DNA of 64,000 nt, taken from a virus. A program made the translations under genes and the position numbers. The notes beneath the pieces were generated by a model that had not been told where the DNA came from, did not search any database, and saw only the letters and a program-made list of their open reading frames with translations. The stretch covers positions 1 to 64,000 of IMG/VR virus record IMGVR_UViG_3300032288_004617. One strand, 5' to 3'. Positions 19,013 to 29,000 of this stretch are shown piece by piece (position 1 is the stretch's first letter; each line of letters begins with the position of its first letter).

Positions 19013-20492
19013 CTTTTTTCATTTTGTGCATTTTGCCTCCACATTTCATAGAGATAACCTCTTTCTTCATGTTTTTAAGTAAAGGTTTTACATCTTTCCT
19101 TTTTACAGTTTTACTTTTGACTGAACCATTGCCGTTTTCAAAATCTAGATTATAAGAAGGTTTCCCTTTAGAATAACCTGTAGTATCCATGGTTAAAATA
19201 GAGGCTCTATTACCTGATTTTGGATATTTAATTTGATAAACAGTTCCACTATTAGTTGCTACATAGGCACCTTTTGCCTGTTCACTACCTTTTTTTAAGT
19301 TATAGACTTGCTCTTTTGCGTACTTATTTGCTGGAACTTTTTTAATAGTTTTACCACCATCACCAAACTTTTTAACTGTCCCTACTTTTTTGACACCCTG
19401 TGCTTTTTTAATCTCGGAAGCTTTATTTATTCGTGTTTTAAGTTTAGCAAGCATTTCTGGATCCATGTCTTGAAGCTGTCCCTTTCTTACTCTAAAATTG
19501 ATAAGGTCTTGAGCAGTTTTAGCTCTTTCTAAAAATTGCTCTTGTCCTGCTTTTTTCATAGCTTGTCCTTGCATTTTCATAGCTAGACCTTTGTCTCTTC
19601 TTGCTATTCCCTCTTTTTTAAGTTGTGCAGCTGTCTTACCACCATCACCAAACTTTTTAATTGTACCTCCTTTTTTCTTCATAGGTATCTCACCTTCCAT
19701 CATACGCATCTTTTTAGATTCACCTTTTTCGTGTTTCATCATTGCTGACTTAGATGCATACTTCTCTCCTGTTTTTTTCTCAGATAAAAGTTTCCCTTTA
19801 AGTTTACCTATTTTCCCTCCTTTTTTCATATATTGTTTTATTTGTTTTTTTCTATAATCTTGGTTTTGTTTTTTAATCTTTTCTGCATATCCATCACTCA
19901 TCGCACTACTCTTAAGACCTTCAACAGTTTTCATTGCATCTTTTCTGCCTACTTCGTATCTAGTCACTTTAGTTGTAGTTTGTGCAGGTGTAACTCCTAA
20001 ATTTACTTTCTTAACAACAACAGGAAAACTCTTTTTCCCTGCAGCATATCCTACAGTGTCAATTGCATGTGAGAAGCTATCTCCCTCTAACCCCTTAGCA
20101 GTTTTTACAACAAGTCCTGATTTATCTGCTTTATATGTTTGTCCTGTACCTTTGTTTTCAGCTCTTGTAACCTTACCTTTGTTGTTAGTTGTCAGATAAA
20201 CGTCAGAAGAAGGTGACATTTTAGAGTTATTCAAATTAGATACATACCCTCCTTTATTTGGACTTTTTGAAACTGGTGCTGTAGTCTTTTTTTGTGCAGT
20301 CGTTGGTGTCTTTTCAACCTGTGCTACAGTTTTCTTTGGTACAGTTGCTTTACCTTTTGAAACAGGTGCTACAGTTTTCTTTGGTGCAAATACTTTACCT
20401 TTTGAAACCGGTGCTGCAGTTTTCTTTTGTGCAACCATTGGTGTCTTTGAAACAGGTTTTTTTGGTGTTGTTTTTGGGTATGGAGTTGCCAT
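18996..20492 (-). CDS. Lys-rich histone H1/Hc2-like internal protein (498 aa)
   Basis: K/P/A/V/T repeats (PKKTVAPVSKGK) and multiple MKKGG/FGDGG motifs. Confidence 0.65.
   Translation of the reverse strand: MATPYPKTTPKKPVSKTPMVAQKKTAAPVSKGKVFAPKKTVAPVSKGKATVPKKTVAQVEKTPTTAQKKTTAPVSKSPNKGGYVSNLNNSKMSPSSDVYLTTNNKGKVTRAENKGTGQTYKADKSGLVVKTAKGLEGDSFSHAIDTVGYAAGKKSFPVVVKKVNLGVTPAQTTTKVTRYEVGRKDAMKTVEGLKSSAMSDGYAEKIKKQNQDYRKKQIKQYMKKGGKIGKLKGKLLSEKKTGEKYASKSAMMKHEKGESKKMRMMEGEIPMKKKGGTIKKFGDGGKTAAQLKKEGIARRDKGLAMKMQGQAMKKAGQEQFLERAKTAQDLINFRVRKGQLQDMDPEMLAKLKTRINKASEIKKAQGVKKVGTVKKFGDGGKTIKKVPANKYAKEQVYNLKKGSEQAKGAYVATNSGTVYQIKYPKSGNRASILTMDTTGYSKGKPSYNLDFENGNGSVKSKTVKRKDVKPLLKNMKKEVISMKCGGKMHKMKKGGKKC
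20266..20445 (-). repeat. Degenerate 45-bp (15-aa) coding tandem repeat, about 4 copies
   Basis: GTGCT(A/G)(C/T)AGT...TTT(G/T)GT cores start at 20276, 20321, 20366 and 20411 on the plus strand. Confidence 0.8.
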
Positions 20493-20525
20493 ATAATTAT
20501 GATTTAGTTATTTATATTTTTATTA

Positions 20526-21755
20526 TTACTTCTTCTTTTTTGAAGTTTTAGCTAGACTTCCTATTGCCTCACTTGCAGCATATGCTTGAACTGCCTTTTT
20601 AACTATCTTCTTAGCTTTTGGAACTATTAGTTTTTTAGCACTTGTCCCTGCTAGCTTTTTAGTACCTTCACCAAGTAATTTTTGAGTTCCAGAATTTAAC
20701 AATTTAGGAGAAGATTTAGCTATTGCTTTTGGTGCTGCTTTAGTTAGTAATTTTTTAGAGCCTTCTGTAATTAGCTTTTTAGTAGCTGCTTTTGCAAGCA
20801 TCTTAGTTCCTAGAGCTTTAACACCTCCACCTGGAGTCGCAGCCATTAAAAGTGTCTCCGTTAGTTCTCCTCTTAATTTAGGCATAATCTTAGTCATTTT
20901 TTGACTAATAGCATTTTTATATGCATCTCGTTCAACTTTTGAAAGATTATCTCGGCTCGATCTTCCTCCGGCCCAATTTTCATAAGTTGTCATTTTTTCA
21001 ATATTTTTCCACTCATCTTCAGATAATTTTGCTCCACTGGCTCCTTTTTTAAGCAAATTATCTCCGGCTTTTTTCATAGTGACTTGAAAAGCTTTATATT
21101 TTTCTTCAGCTGTTTGTGGTTTTGCTTTTGCTGTTTGTGCCTTTTCCACCTTCTTTTTTAACGATTGCTTCAACTCTGTGCCTTTTTTCTTCATCTCTAG
21201 GCCTTTTTTCTTCATCTCTAGACCTCTAGAATACTTACCAAGTCCTAAAGCCTCAAGTCCAGCTTTTGTGCCTACCTTACTTTTAACTAATTGGTCTATA
21301 GTGGATCCTGCAGCTATCTTAGCCTTTACATTTTTAATATATGCATTCTTCTGAGCTTCACTTGAGAAACCTCCTGGTAAAGTTTTAGCTTTAACTTTTG
21401 CAACACTTACAGGTGCAACTTCCGCTTTTGAAGTTGGCATCTTAATCTCACTCAACTTTTTGCTATCAGGAACTAATTCTGTCTGAAGCTTCATCTCTAT
21501 ATTATCAGGAGATTTTGGTGCTATAGGTTTATTATTTTGTGATACATTTTCAAATGAATCATTTGTTTTTATACCTACTTGTTTTCCACCTTCTTCGAAC
21601 TTTCTAAGGGATCTTCCTTTAGTCTTTTTTGAAATAGGTTTAACTGCTATCTTTTTAGCAGAAGGTTTAGCCATAACTTTCTTAGTTGAGGCTTTTTTAG
21701 TCATAACTTTCTTAGCCATGACCTTTTTAGTTGTAATTTTTTTAGTTGTAGCCAT
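20526..21755 (-). CDS. Lys/Ala-rich histone-like internal protein (about 409 aa)
   Basis: Likely start MATTKK. KKxxx pentapeptide repeats (KKITT KKVMA KKVMT KKAST KKVMA); C-terminal KKLxxxxx repeats. Confidence 0.65.
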   Translation of the reverse strand: MATTKKITTKKVMAKKVMTKKASTKKVMAKPSAKKIAVKPISKKTKGRSLRKFEEGGKQVGIKTNDSFENVSQNNKPIAPKSPDNIEMKLQTELVPDSKKLSEIKMPTSKAEVAPVSVAKVKAKTLPGGFSSEAQKNAYIKNVKAKIAAGSTIDQLVKSKVGTKAGLEALGLGKYSRGLEMKKKGLEMKKKGTELKQSLKKKVEKAQTAKAKPQTAEEKYKAFQVTMKKAGDNLLKKGASGAKLSEDEWKNIEKMTTYENWAGGRSSRDNLSKVERDAYKNAISQKMTKIMPKLRGELTETLLMAATPGGGVKALGTKMLAKAATKKLITEGSKKLLTKAAPKAIAKSSPKLLNSGTQKLLGEGTKKLAGTSAKKLIVPKAKKIVKKAVQAYAASEAIGSLAKTSKKKK

Positions 21756-21800
21756 TTTTCTATTTCTTTTTTCCACTTTATTACTTTAATTAATTTATTA

Positions 21801-24023
21801 TTATGCTTCAGCATCAACTGATTGTTCTGTTGTATTTGTAGGACCAAGCCCTATTCTATTTAGATTATCATTATTTTTTATCTGGAAATCATAATACGGA
21901 TCATAATTAACACCCATACCATAGTAATCTAAAGAATAATCAGGAGTAAGATTTGATATCAAATTAAGTTGCTGAGTATTTGAGAAATTATTCATAGCTA
22001 CATTATGATTGTATCTTAAATACTCTCTTAAATCAGCCTCTGTATTTGCTTTAGCCATTAAACTTCTTCCTTCAAAATTTAAAAGGTTTGATCCTTGAGC
22101 TATATTCTCTCTATCAGATTGTCCAATATTAAATTGTTCTGCTGCAGCTTGATTTTGAGCATTTGTTATATTTGCATTATAACTAGCTTCATTTTCATAA
22201 CTTTGTGTTGTTGATAATAATGATGCCAATGCTGCAGCTCTTTGTGCAGGTGGTAAAGAGTCAACTTGACTTGCTAAAAAGTTTCTATTTTCAGCTGCTG
22301 ACTGAAGTTGACGATCAATACCAATCTTAATAGGATCAATTCTTTGAAACCTATTACTAACTAACATTTCAGGTTGTTGACCTGATGGAGGCAATACGCT
22401 TTGATCTGGAGTATAAAAAGCTCTTGCTCCTTTTTGTCTCGTACTCAAATCTACTTCATCCTTAATAGGTCCTTCTTCAGCAGGTGCTTTCGCTTCACCT
22501 TCATCAGGTGTATATACATTAATATTGTAATCAGACTCCTCACTTTTTATCTCTTTCAATCTTTTTACTCTATTTTGAGATTCAGGTGAAAGTTCTGCTA
22601 ATATTTCTGGTGTTATTTGATTCGCAGTGTATACCCCTTTTGACTTAAGAAGTTTACTTTCTTCCGGTGTAACTAAGTCTAGTTTTAAACTATATCTTCC
22701 AGAAGTAAAGTTACCCATCTTCTTATCATATAATCTAATTCTTTCTTCCGGTGTTTTTGCCTTAGTTGGATCTTCTACGAAAGTTTCATTCTTTAAATAA
22801 TCTTCTGCCTTCGCTACTGTTTCTTCACTGAAGTTATCTGGGTTTTTAATAATATCATTAGCAGATGCACGCATTCTTTTATCAGCTCTTTTCTGAAACT
22901 CTAATACAGCTGCTTGTTCTTTGTTTAAAGGTAGATTATCTTTAAATTTAACCTCTCCTTTTTTTAATGCCTCTTGATCTATATACTTTCCAAAAACTTT
23001 TTCGTCTGAAATAATATCAGGGAAATTCTCATATAAATTAACTAAAATTGTTTGAGGATCTTTCTCAGTACCATAGTTTGTCTGATTAGATTTTTGGTAA
23101 ACTCTTTCTTCATTTTTAAACTCATTGTCTACATAAGTCCCTCTTAATCTAGTTTTATCTTTAGCAGATGTAGTTGTTCCAGGATATTTCTGGTAATACT
23201 TCTTTAAAACATCATTATACTCAGTTTCAGAAATAGATCCTTCTATAGATGCTTTTCTTAAATCAGCATATATCTTATCTGCATCCTCTCCTGCTTCTAT
23301 CCTCGTAATAAATTCTCCACCTTTATCAAAAAGTGGAAGATCGTTCATTGCTCTTCTACCTTCCTCTTCAGAAAGATTATATTTCTTTAGTAAGTTTTGA
23401 AAAGCTTGTTCTTGGACTCCTCCAAATTTAAACTCTCCTTCTTGATTTTCTTGTTTCTTTTTTGACTCTTGAATATCAAATACCTTATCAAAGAATTTTT
23501 TTCTTTTGTCTTCTAATGGTTTCTTTTTAGACTCAATATCGTAAATCTTTTTAGATAAGTATTCATTATTAATTTGACTTGTGCCTTTATCAACAGCTTT
23601 CTTTTCTATCTCTTTCTTTAAAACAGAGAATACATCTTCTTGTTCATCATTTAACTTAGTCAGCCCAATCTTTTTTGAATACTTATCCAATGCAGATGCA
23701 TATGTATCTTTTGTTGAAAAGTTTAAATCAAACTCTCCACTTAATCTCTTTGCTTCAGATTTAGTTAAATGTATAGAATCTGAAACTACCTCTGTGTCTG
23801 TAGGTAGATTCACTTTTATACCTCCATTCTCATGTTTAGGGCCTTCTGCTTTCTTTACTTTTCCATTAGGATATTTCAAAAACTCATCCCCTTCAATCTC
23901 AGCATTAGGTTTCCTTGGATCATCTTTTCGTAATCCTGCTTCAACATCCCCTGTTAAAAGTTTCTCAATATTTTTATCAGAATCTTTTACTTCAATCTTG
24001 CTTATATCAAATCCTTTTGCCAT
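21801..24023 (-). CDS. Internal cargo protein (740 aa)
   Basis: NAEIEGDE...GPKHENGGI...V.SD N-terminal module recalled from crAss-like cargo proteins; Q/N/A-rich helical C-terminus; downstream of the muzzle gene. Confidence 0.6.
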   Translation of the reverse strand: MAKGFDISKIEVKDSDKNIEKLLTGDVEAGLRKDDPRKPNAEIEGDEFLKYPNGKVKKAEGPKHENGGIKVNLPTDTEVVSDSIHLTKSEAKRLSGEFDLNFSTKDTYASALDKYSKKIGLTKLNDEQEDVFSVLKKEIEKKAVDKGTSQINNEYLSKKIYDIESKKKPLEDKRKKFFDKVFDIQESKKKQENQEGEFKFGGVQEQAFQNLLKKYNLSEEEGRRAMNDLPLFDKGGEFITRIEAGEDADKIYADLRKASIEGSISETEYNDVLKKYYQKYPGTTTSAKDKTRLRGTYVDNEFKNEERVYQKSNQTNYGTEKDPQTILVNLYENFPDIISDEKVFGKYIDQEALKKGEVKFKDNLPLNKEQAAVLEFQKRADKRMRASANDIIKNPDNFSEETVAKAEDYLKNETFVEDPTKAKTPEERIRLYDKKMGNFTSGRYSLKLDLVTPEESKLLKSKGVYTANQITPEILAELSPESQNRVKRLKEIKSEESDYNINVYTPDEGEAKAPAEEGPIKDEVDLSTRQKGARAFYTPDQSVLPPSGQQPEMLVSNRFQRIDPIKIGIDRQLQSAAENRNFLASQVDSLPPAQRAAALASLLSTTQSYENEASYNANITNAQNQAAAEQFNIGQSDRENIAQGSNLLNFEGRSLMAKANTEADLREYLRYNHNVAMNNFSNTQQLNLISNLTPDYSLDYYGMGVNYDPYYDFQIKNNDNLNRIGLGPTNTTEQSVDAEA

Positions 24024-25102
24024 TATAAAAATATTTGTCCGTTTTCAATCTTTGAAATTTTACCCTTGTAAGTTTTTCCTCCATATTTAAAATTTATAGA
24101 ATCTCCTACTTGGTGTTTGAAAGATCCTCCACTCTTCATCTTTGGTAAGTCTTCTTCTTCCCCAGATTCTCCCTCTTCAGATTCTCCTAACAACTGTTGT
24201 GCTATTTGCATAACCTCTTGGTAAGTTTGTTGATCTACCCCTTGTTGTTTTAAGTATGCATCAATAGCTTCAATACTTCCTAACTTATCAACAAGCTGTT
24301 GAGCTATTTGCTCCATACGAGGTCCCTCTGCATTTTGAGACTCTTGTCCTTGTTGTTCTGGAGTTTCTTGTTGCTCCTCTGCTCCCATTTGATTTTGGTC
24401 TTCTCCCATCATTTGGTTGAACATTCCACCACCATCTTCGAATTTAAAGAGACCTCCATACTTAAATGTACCTAATTCACTATTAGTCATATTCGCATTT
24501 GCAGTTTGTGAAGCATTTACATAACGTCTCTCTTGTTTCTTTTTGTTATACCAATCTTGTGCATAATTGTCCATTTTCTGGTTAGCGTATCCTGACATTC
24601 CTTCTCTAGCTAAACCTAAGCCTAAAGATAATGAATTGCCTATGATATCAAGATTCTTTCCTTTTGCTCCTTGTGGTGCTCCTAATGCCCTTCCTAAATT
24701 GTAAACTCTAGAATTTAAGTCACTACCTGTAGGACTTAAGTATGGCATATTATTTATGTCAAATGTTTTATTATTTATGTCAAATGACTTATTACCAGAT
24801 TCCTTTAATTTATCTAAACCTTCAATCTCTTGGTTATTACTTACAGCATTCATAGTACTTGTATGAAACTCTTTGTCTATAACCCCTGCAGTTTTTGCAT
24901 CGTCTAGAGCTTTCATTTTATCATACTCAGTTGCCTTTGGATCAGTTAATACTTGATACAGTGAGTCTGTATCGACTCCCATTCCTAAATCTTCTGTGCT
25001 ACCTTTAACCCTGTACTTATCAGGATCTTCCATTACTTTTTTATATCTAGCATCTGCCCGATCATTCCTGTAGTCCTGAAACCAATTTGATAAATTATTC
25101 AT
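24023..25102 (-). CDS. Putative internal virion protein (359 aa)
   Basis: Q/E-rich linkers punctuated by FKYGG/FEDGG/MKSGG; short beta-rich C-terminal domain; stop overlaps the next ATG. Confidence 0.6.
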   Translation of the reverse strand: MNNLSNWFQDYRNDRADARYKKVMEDPDKYRVKGSTEDLGMGVDTDSLYQVLTDPKATEYDKMKALDDAKTAGVIDKEFHTSTMNAVSNNQEIEGLDKLKESGNKSFDINNKTFDINNMPYLSPTGSDLNSRVYNLGRALGAPQGAKGKNLDIIGNSLSLGLGLAREGMSGYANQKMDNYAQDWYNKKKQERRYVNASQTANANMTNSELGTFKYGGLFKFEDGGGMFNQMMGEDQNQMGAEEQQETPEQQGQESQNAEGPRMEQIAQQLVDKLGSIEAIDAYLKQQGVDQQTYQEVMQIAQQLLGESEEGESGEEEDLPKMKSGGSFKHQVGDSINFKYGGKTYKGKISKIENGQIFL

Positions 25103-25107
25103 AATGA

Positions 25108-25143
25108 TAAAATTATGTATTTTTATTTTAGTTTAAAAAATTA
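25108..25143 (-). promoter_or_regulatory. Degenerate promoter, same spacing as the others
   Basis: TAATTTTT-N20-TAATTTTA-TCATT-ATG. Confidence 0.4.
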
Positions 25144-25160
25144 TAGAAATTATTGAAACT

Positions 25161-26015
25161 TTAAGAAGCAGGCCCTATTGAAAAAAGACTCTCTGCTTGT
25201 TGTGCTTCAAATGGTAACTCTTGTTTATACATATCCATATTAACTTTACCAGCTTCTGTTGCTTTAGTATTTGGATCATCTGTATTATATGTTATTTTAC
25301 TTAAAGCTTGAATAAATCCATTCTTACTTTCTTCTTTAGCTAACTCCTGTCTTGCTGTAGAATTCTTCTCTTTTTCAATCTTAGCTGTCTCTATTTCAAG
25401 TTGTTTTCTAAATTCCTCTGTTGTCAAAGGTGTTCCATTTTCAGAAACATTTAAGACTTCAAAGCGAGATGCTGATTGTGGCATACTTCCTCTCTCTAAA
25501 TACCCTGTTGAATTATCACCACTGCCACTGGTATTATCTATTTTAACATCTATATTAGAGGGATTGTATATTTCAGTTGCGTATTTACCTCCATCAAAAC
25601 TTTTAAAAAACCCTTGTCTTTGAACACCTCTAACATTTTCATTAGCAGGGCTTTCCCATTCAGTTGTAAAATAGTATGAGGCTTGTTCAGGTGATTCAAA
25701 GTTTCTACTTAAATAAGCTTTAGAATTAGACTCACTTAAAGCATAGTCTATTTGTCCTTTCCAATTAGACATGTCTCCATTTAAATAATTAACTAGACCT
25801 TTTCTTCTTGGACCTGTGTGTTGGAATAGCCCAATACCTCCACCTCCGTTCTTGCCTCCTTCTGTAATTGAAGCATTGAAATTACTTTCGTATTTTATAT
25901 TCGCAAGCATACCTAATGCATGATTCTTAGATACCCCCTTTGATTGGAGGTAACTTAGAATCTCGTTAGGATCTACTGATCTATTAGCTACATCTTTTGC
26001 TCTTTCTGCTGCCAT
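25161..26015 (-). CDS. Virion-associated peptidoglycan hydrolase (phage tail lysozyme, Phage_lysozyme2-like)
   Basis: ALGMLANIKYESNFN...GIGLFQHTGPRR...GQIDYAL...FTTEWESPA. Confidence 0.85.
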   Translation of the reverse strand: MAAERAKDVANRSVDPNEILSYLQSKGVSKNHALGMLANIKYESNFNASITEGGKNGGGGIGLFQHTGPRRKGLVNYLNGDMSNWKGQIDYALSESNSKAYLSRNFESPEQASYYFTTEWESPANENVRGVQRQGFFKSFDGGKYATEIYNPSNIDVKIDNTSGSGDNSTGYLERGSMPQSASRFEVLNVSENGTPLTTEEFRKQLEIETAKIEKEKNSTARQELAKEESKNGFIQALSKITYNTDDPNTKATEAGKVNMDMYKQELPFEAQQAESLFSIGPAS

Positions 26016-26025
26016 TTTTTAAAGT

Positions 26026-29000
26026 TTATTGTTCGTAATACTCTCTTGTGTCACCCATAAATCTAAATAACATTTTAAATCTACTTTCAACATCATTTGT
26101 TAGCCTAATTAAAAAATGGTCACCTCTTAATCTATCTTTATAGTTGTTTCTATAATCAAGAAGTCTTGAATCTAGTACCTTGTCAATTTGAGCACAGTCA
26201 TTAATCCAAATAGGTAACCCACTTCTTTCATTTCTTATTAAGTTGTAAAGATAGTTAAAAGAATATTTACCTGCAATTTCAGATTGTAAAATATCTATAG
26301 AATTTGTATTAAATTTTGGATAAGATATTTGTTGACTCAAATTGTTATTAATTTGTGTATTCAATTTCAACTGCCCTGAATTTTGAAAACTATTGTATAC
26401 AATTGCTTTATTGAATCCAGATCCATAAATATCAGTGAAATCCCATTTATTGTAATACTTTCTAACATCTAACCAATACTCAATATCTGTCAACACAGAA
26501 TTTGTATATCTAGTTGTAAGTGGAAACTCAACTGTAAACGGATATAGTTTTCCGTAGAACACTTGGTAACTTGAAAGGAATGGTAAATGTGTCCATAACC
26601 CTATCTCTGAAGATGTTGTAGAGTAATTAATACCTGTTTGAAAGTAATTATTATATGCTATATAGTAATTAGGTTTAAATGAATAATAAGATATCCAAGT
26701 CTTCAATAAAGGAGAGTAACCTACTGTCCAAGAACACTCTTTAAAATAAGTAGGGTTCCCTAAAGCTATTTCTTGTATTGCATAAGTTGTCTCTATTTTT
26801 TGACACACTCCACAAATATCACCTGGAGATACGTCTACAAATGTATCCGGACAAGTAACTTCCTGAACTGATTCGTAAAATATTGTCTCAGTTTCTGTAG
26901 AATAAATCACATTTAAATCTGCATCACTAGTAGCTGCTATTAGTTCTGCTTTAGAATTATCAAATATTGCTGAACCGAACATGTAATCACCTCCAAAATT
27001 CCAACCTTCTACTTTTATATCGTGACATCCAGCAGTTAGTTCAATAGGATAGATGTGTCCTCTTACAAAAGCAATTGTATCACCTGAATTGTTTGGAGTG
27101 TGTTGCGGTTGCATAGCTGTCCAATCAGATTCCAATGCAACAACACCATCAATAGAAAATCTGAATTTATTATCTGCAACTACAAATATGTAGTATGTCT
27201 TTGTTGTAGGTATACTAACTATACTTGTAGCCCCATACCATACATTTGAAGGCATTTGATTTACTCCATAAAAAATAAATGCTAAATTACCCGTTAGAGT
27301 AGTTACACCAAATGTTGTAGGGTTTGATGTTGCAAATCTAAAAATAAGCTTTGGACCAACTTGTGTCACACTATAACCTAATCCAGCTAATGTTATACCG
27401 TGTGTTGTTATAAAATCTGTAGCCGTTTGAGTAAGACTTGTGTTGAATGTTGCTAAGTATCCAACCCCATTCAGCTCTATATTACATGTACCTGATGTAT
27501 TTGTTAATATAATGCTTGTCTCTTTCATAGAAACAGTTTTACCCAATCTATTTACATAGTTGCTATAAATTACACCATTTCCTGTCCAAAAGGGGTTTAA
27601 TAGGTATTCGTATGTATAACCTGTTGGATACATTCCATCTACCAATGCAGAACCATCTGGATTATATGCATCATACAGTGCAGGATATCTCCAACCATAA
27701 GCTGTACTTTTAGAATTCACTACAGTTATAGGAGTCCCTTGAGGTACCTTAGATGTAGTAGTTATTTTTGTACACACTCCATCTACAAGAGTATATCCAG
27801 TAGGACAAGGTACATCTACATAAAAACCAACTTCCTCATCATATTCTAAAGTATCGTTTATAATTGAATAATCTTTTTTAGTCAGGAATAGTCTTTTTTG
27901 TCTTTCGTCCCACCCCATGGCAATACCTAATCCTTTGAAGTTGTTATCTATGTCTATATTTGGGAAACTGTTTAAAATTTTAAATGGTAAGTTCTCTTTA
28001 AACCATTTCTCTAAACCTGATGTAATCTCATCTAAAGACTTTCCACCTGGTGCTAAGTTGAAAACTTTACCTCTCTTAGCATCTACCCAAAAATGTCCGA
28101 AGTCACAACTAATTTTTGCATTATGTTGAGTTCCTGCATATCCTAAATCAGTCTTATTGAAGTCAACCGCTCTTCCTGCAAATATACCTCCTTGTCCAAG
28201 ATTCTTAGTTTCAGGAGTAAGTCTGTCTCGGATTTGGTCAATTGATCCAAATATACTAACACCATTTGTAAATCTTGCTAAAATTTGCTCAGACTCTATA
28301 CCATCCATCTCAATAAGTTTACCAAAACTTTTTGGAAATTGATATGTATTTAATGGTTTATATATTAACCAAGGATCAATTAAATCATTATCTGAAGAAT
28401 CCGGTTCAGAGTATATAACACCATTTGGTTGGATACTTAAAGCATCATATTGTAATCTATTATACGTTGTTGGTAAAACTCTATGGGCTACCTCACTTGC
28501 TGTAGAAGAGTATACTGTATTGTAAAAATATGTGTTAGGTTCTTTAATACTTAAATTCTTCTCTTGTGTCCAATCTATTACATCATTCACATTAGGATAG
28601 AAGTTTTCATGGTATTCTCTTTTTGCGTATCTATAATTCATATTATATTCAGATTCAACTAAGAAATATGGTATACCGTATGAATATAAGAAAAACTTTG
28701 ATGGAGGTTTAATATAGAAACCTGTATTTCCTGACAATTGATGTAGGTTATAAGTACTTCCATTAGAAGGCCATATAAATGAAGCTGTATAATTATCAGA
28801 GTCATTTATCATAAAATCTAGGAAAAATCTACCACTAGATACTGTATTTAGATGTGGATTTATATTAAAATTACTAGAGTATTCAAATGGAGTCAAAGGT
28901 GCTAATCCAAAAGCATCTGTTTTAAAGAATGGAAACTTTCTTTTAACAGCAAATCTACTAATAAAAATATCTCCTCCTAAAACTGTATTACATTCAGAAT

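Noticed and set aside
20266-20445. CRISPR-like array
   Set aside because: The repeats are in-frame degenerate coding repeats without unique spacers.
24750-24786. 21-bp period duplication (FDINNKT-FDINN)
   Set aside because: A simple local slippage duplication in a low-complexity linker.
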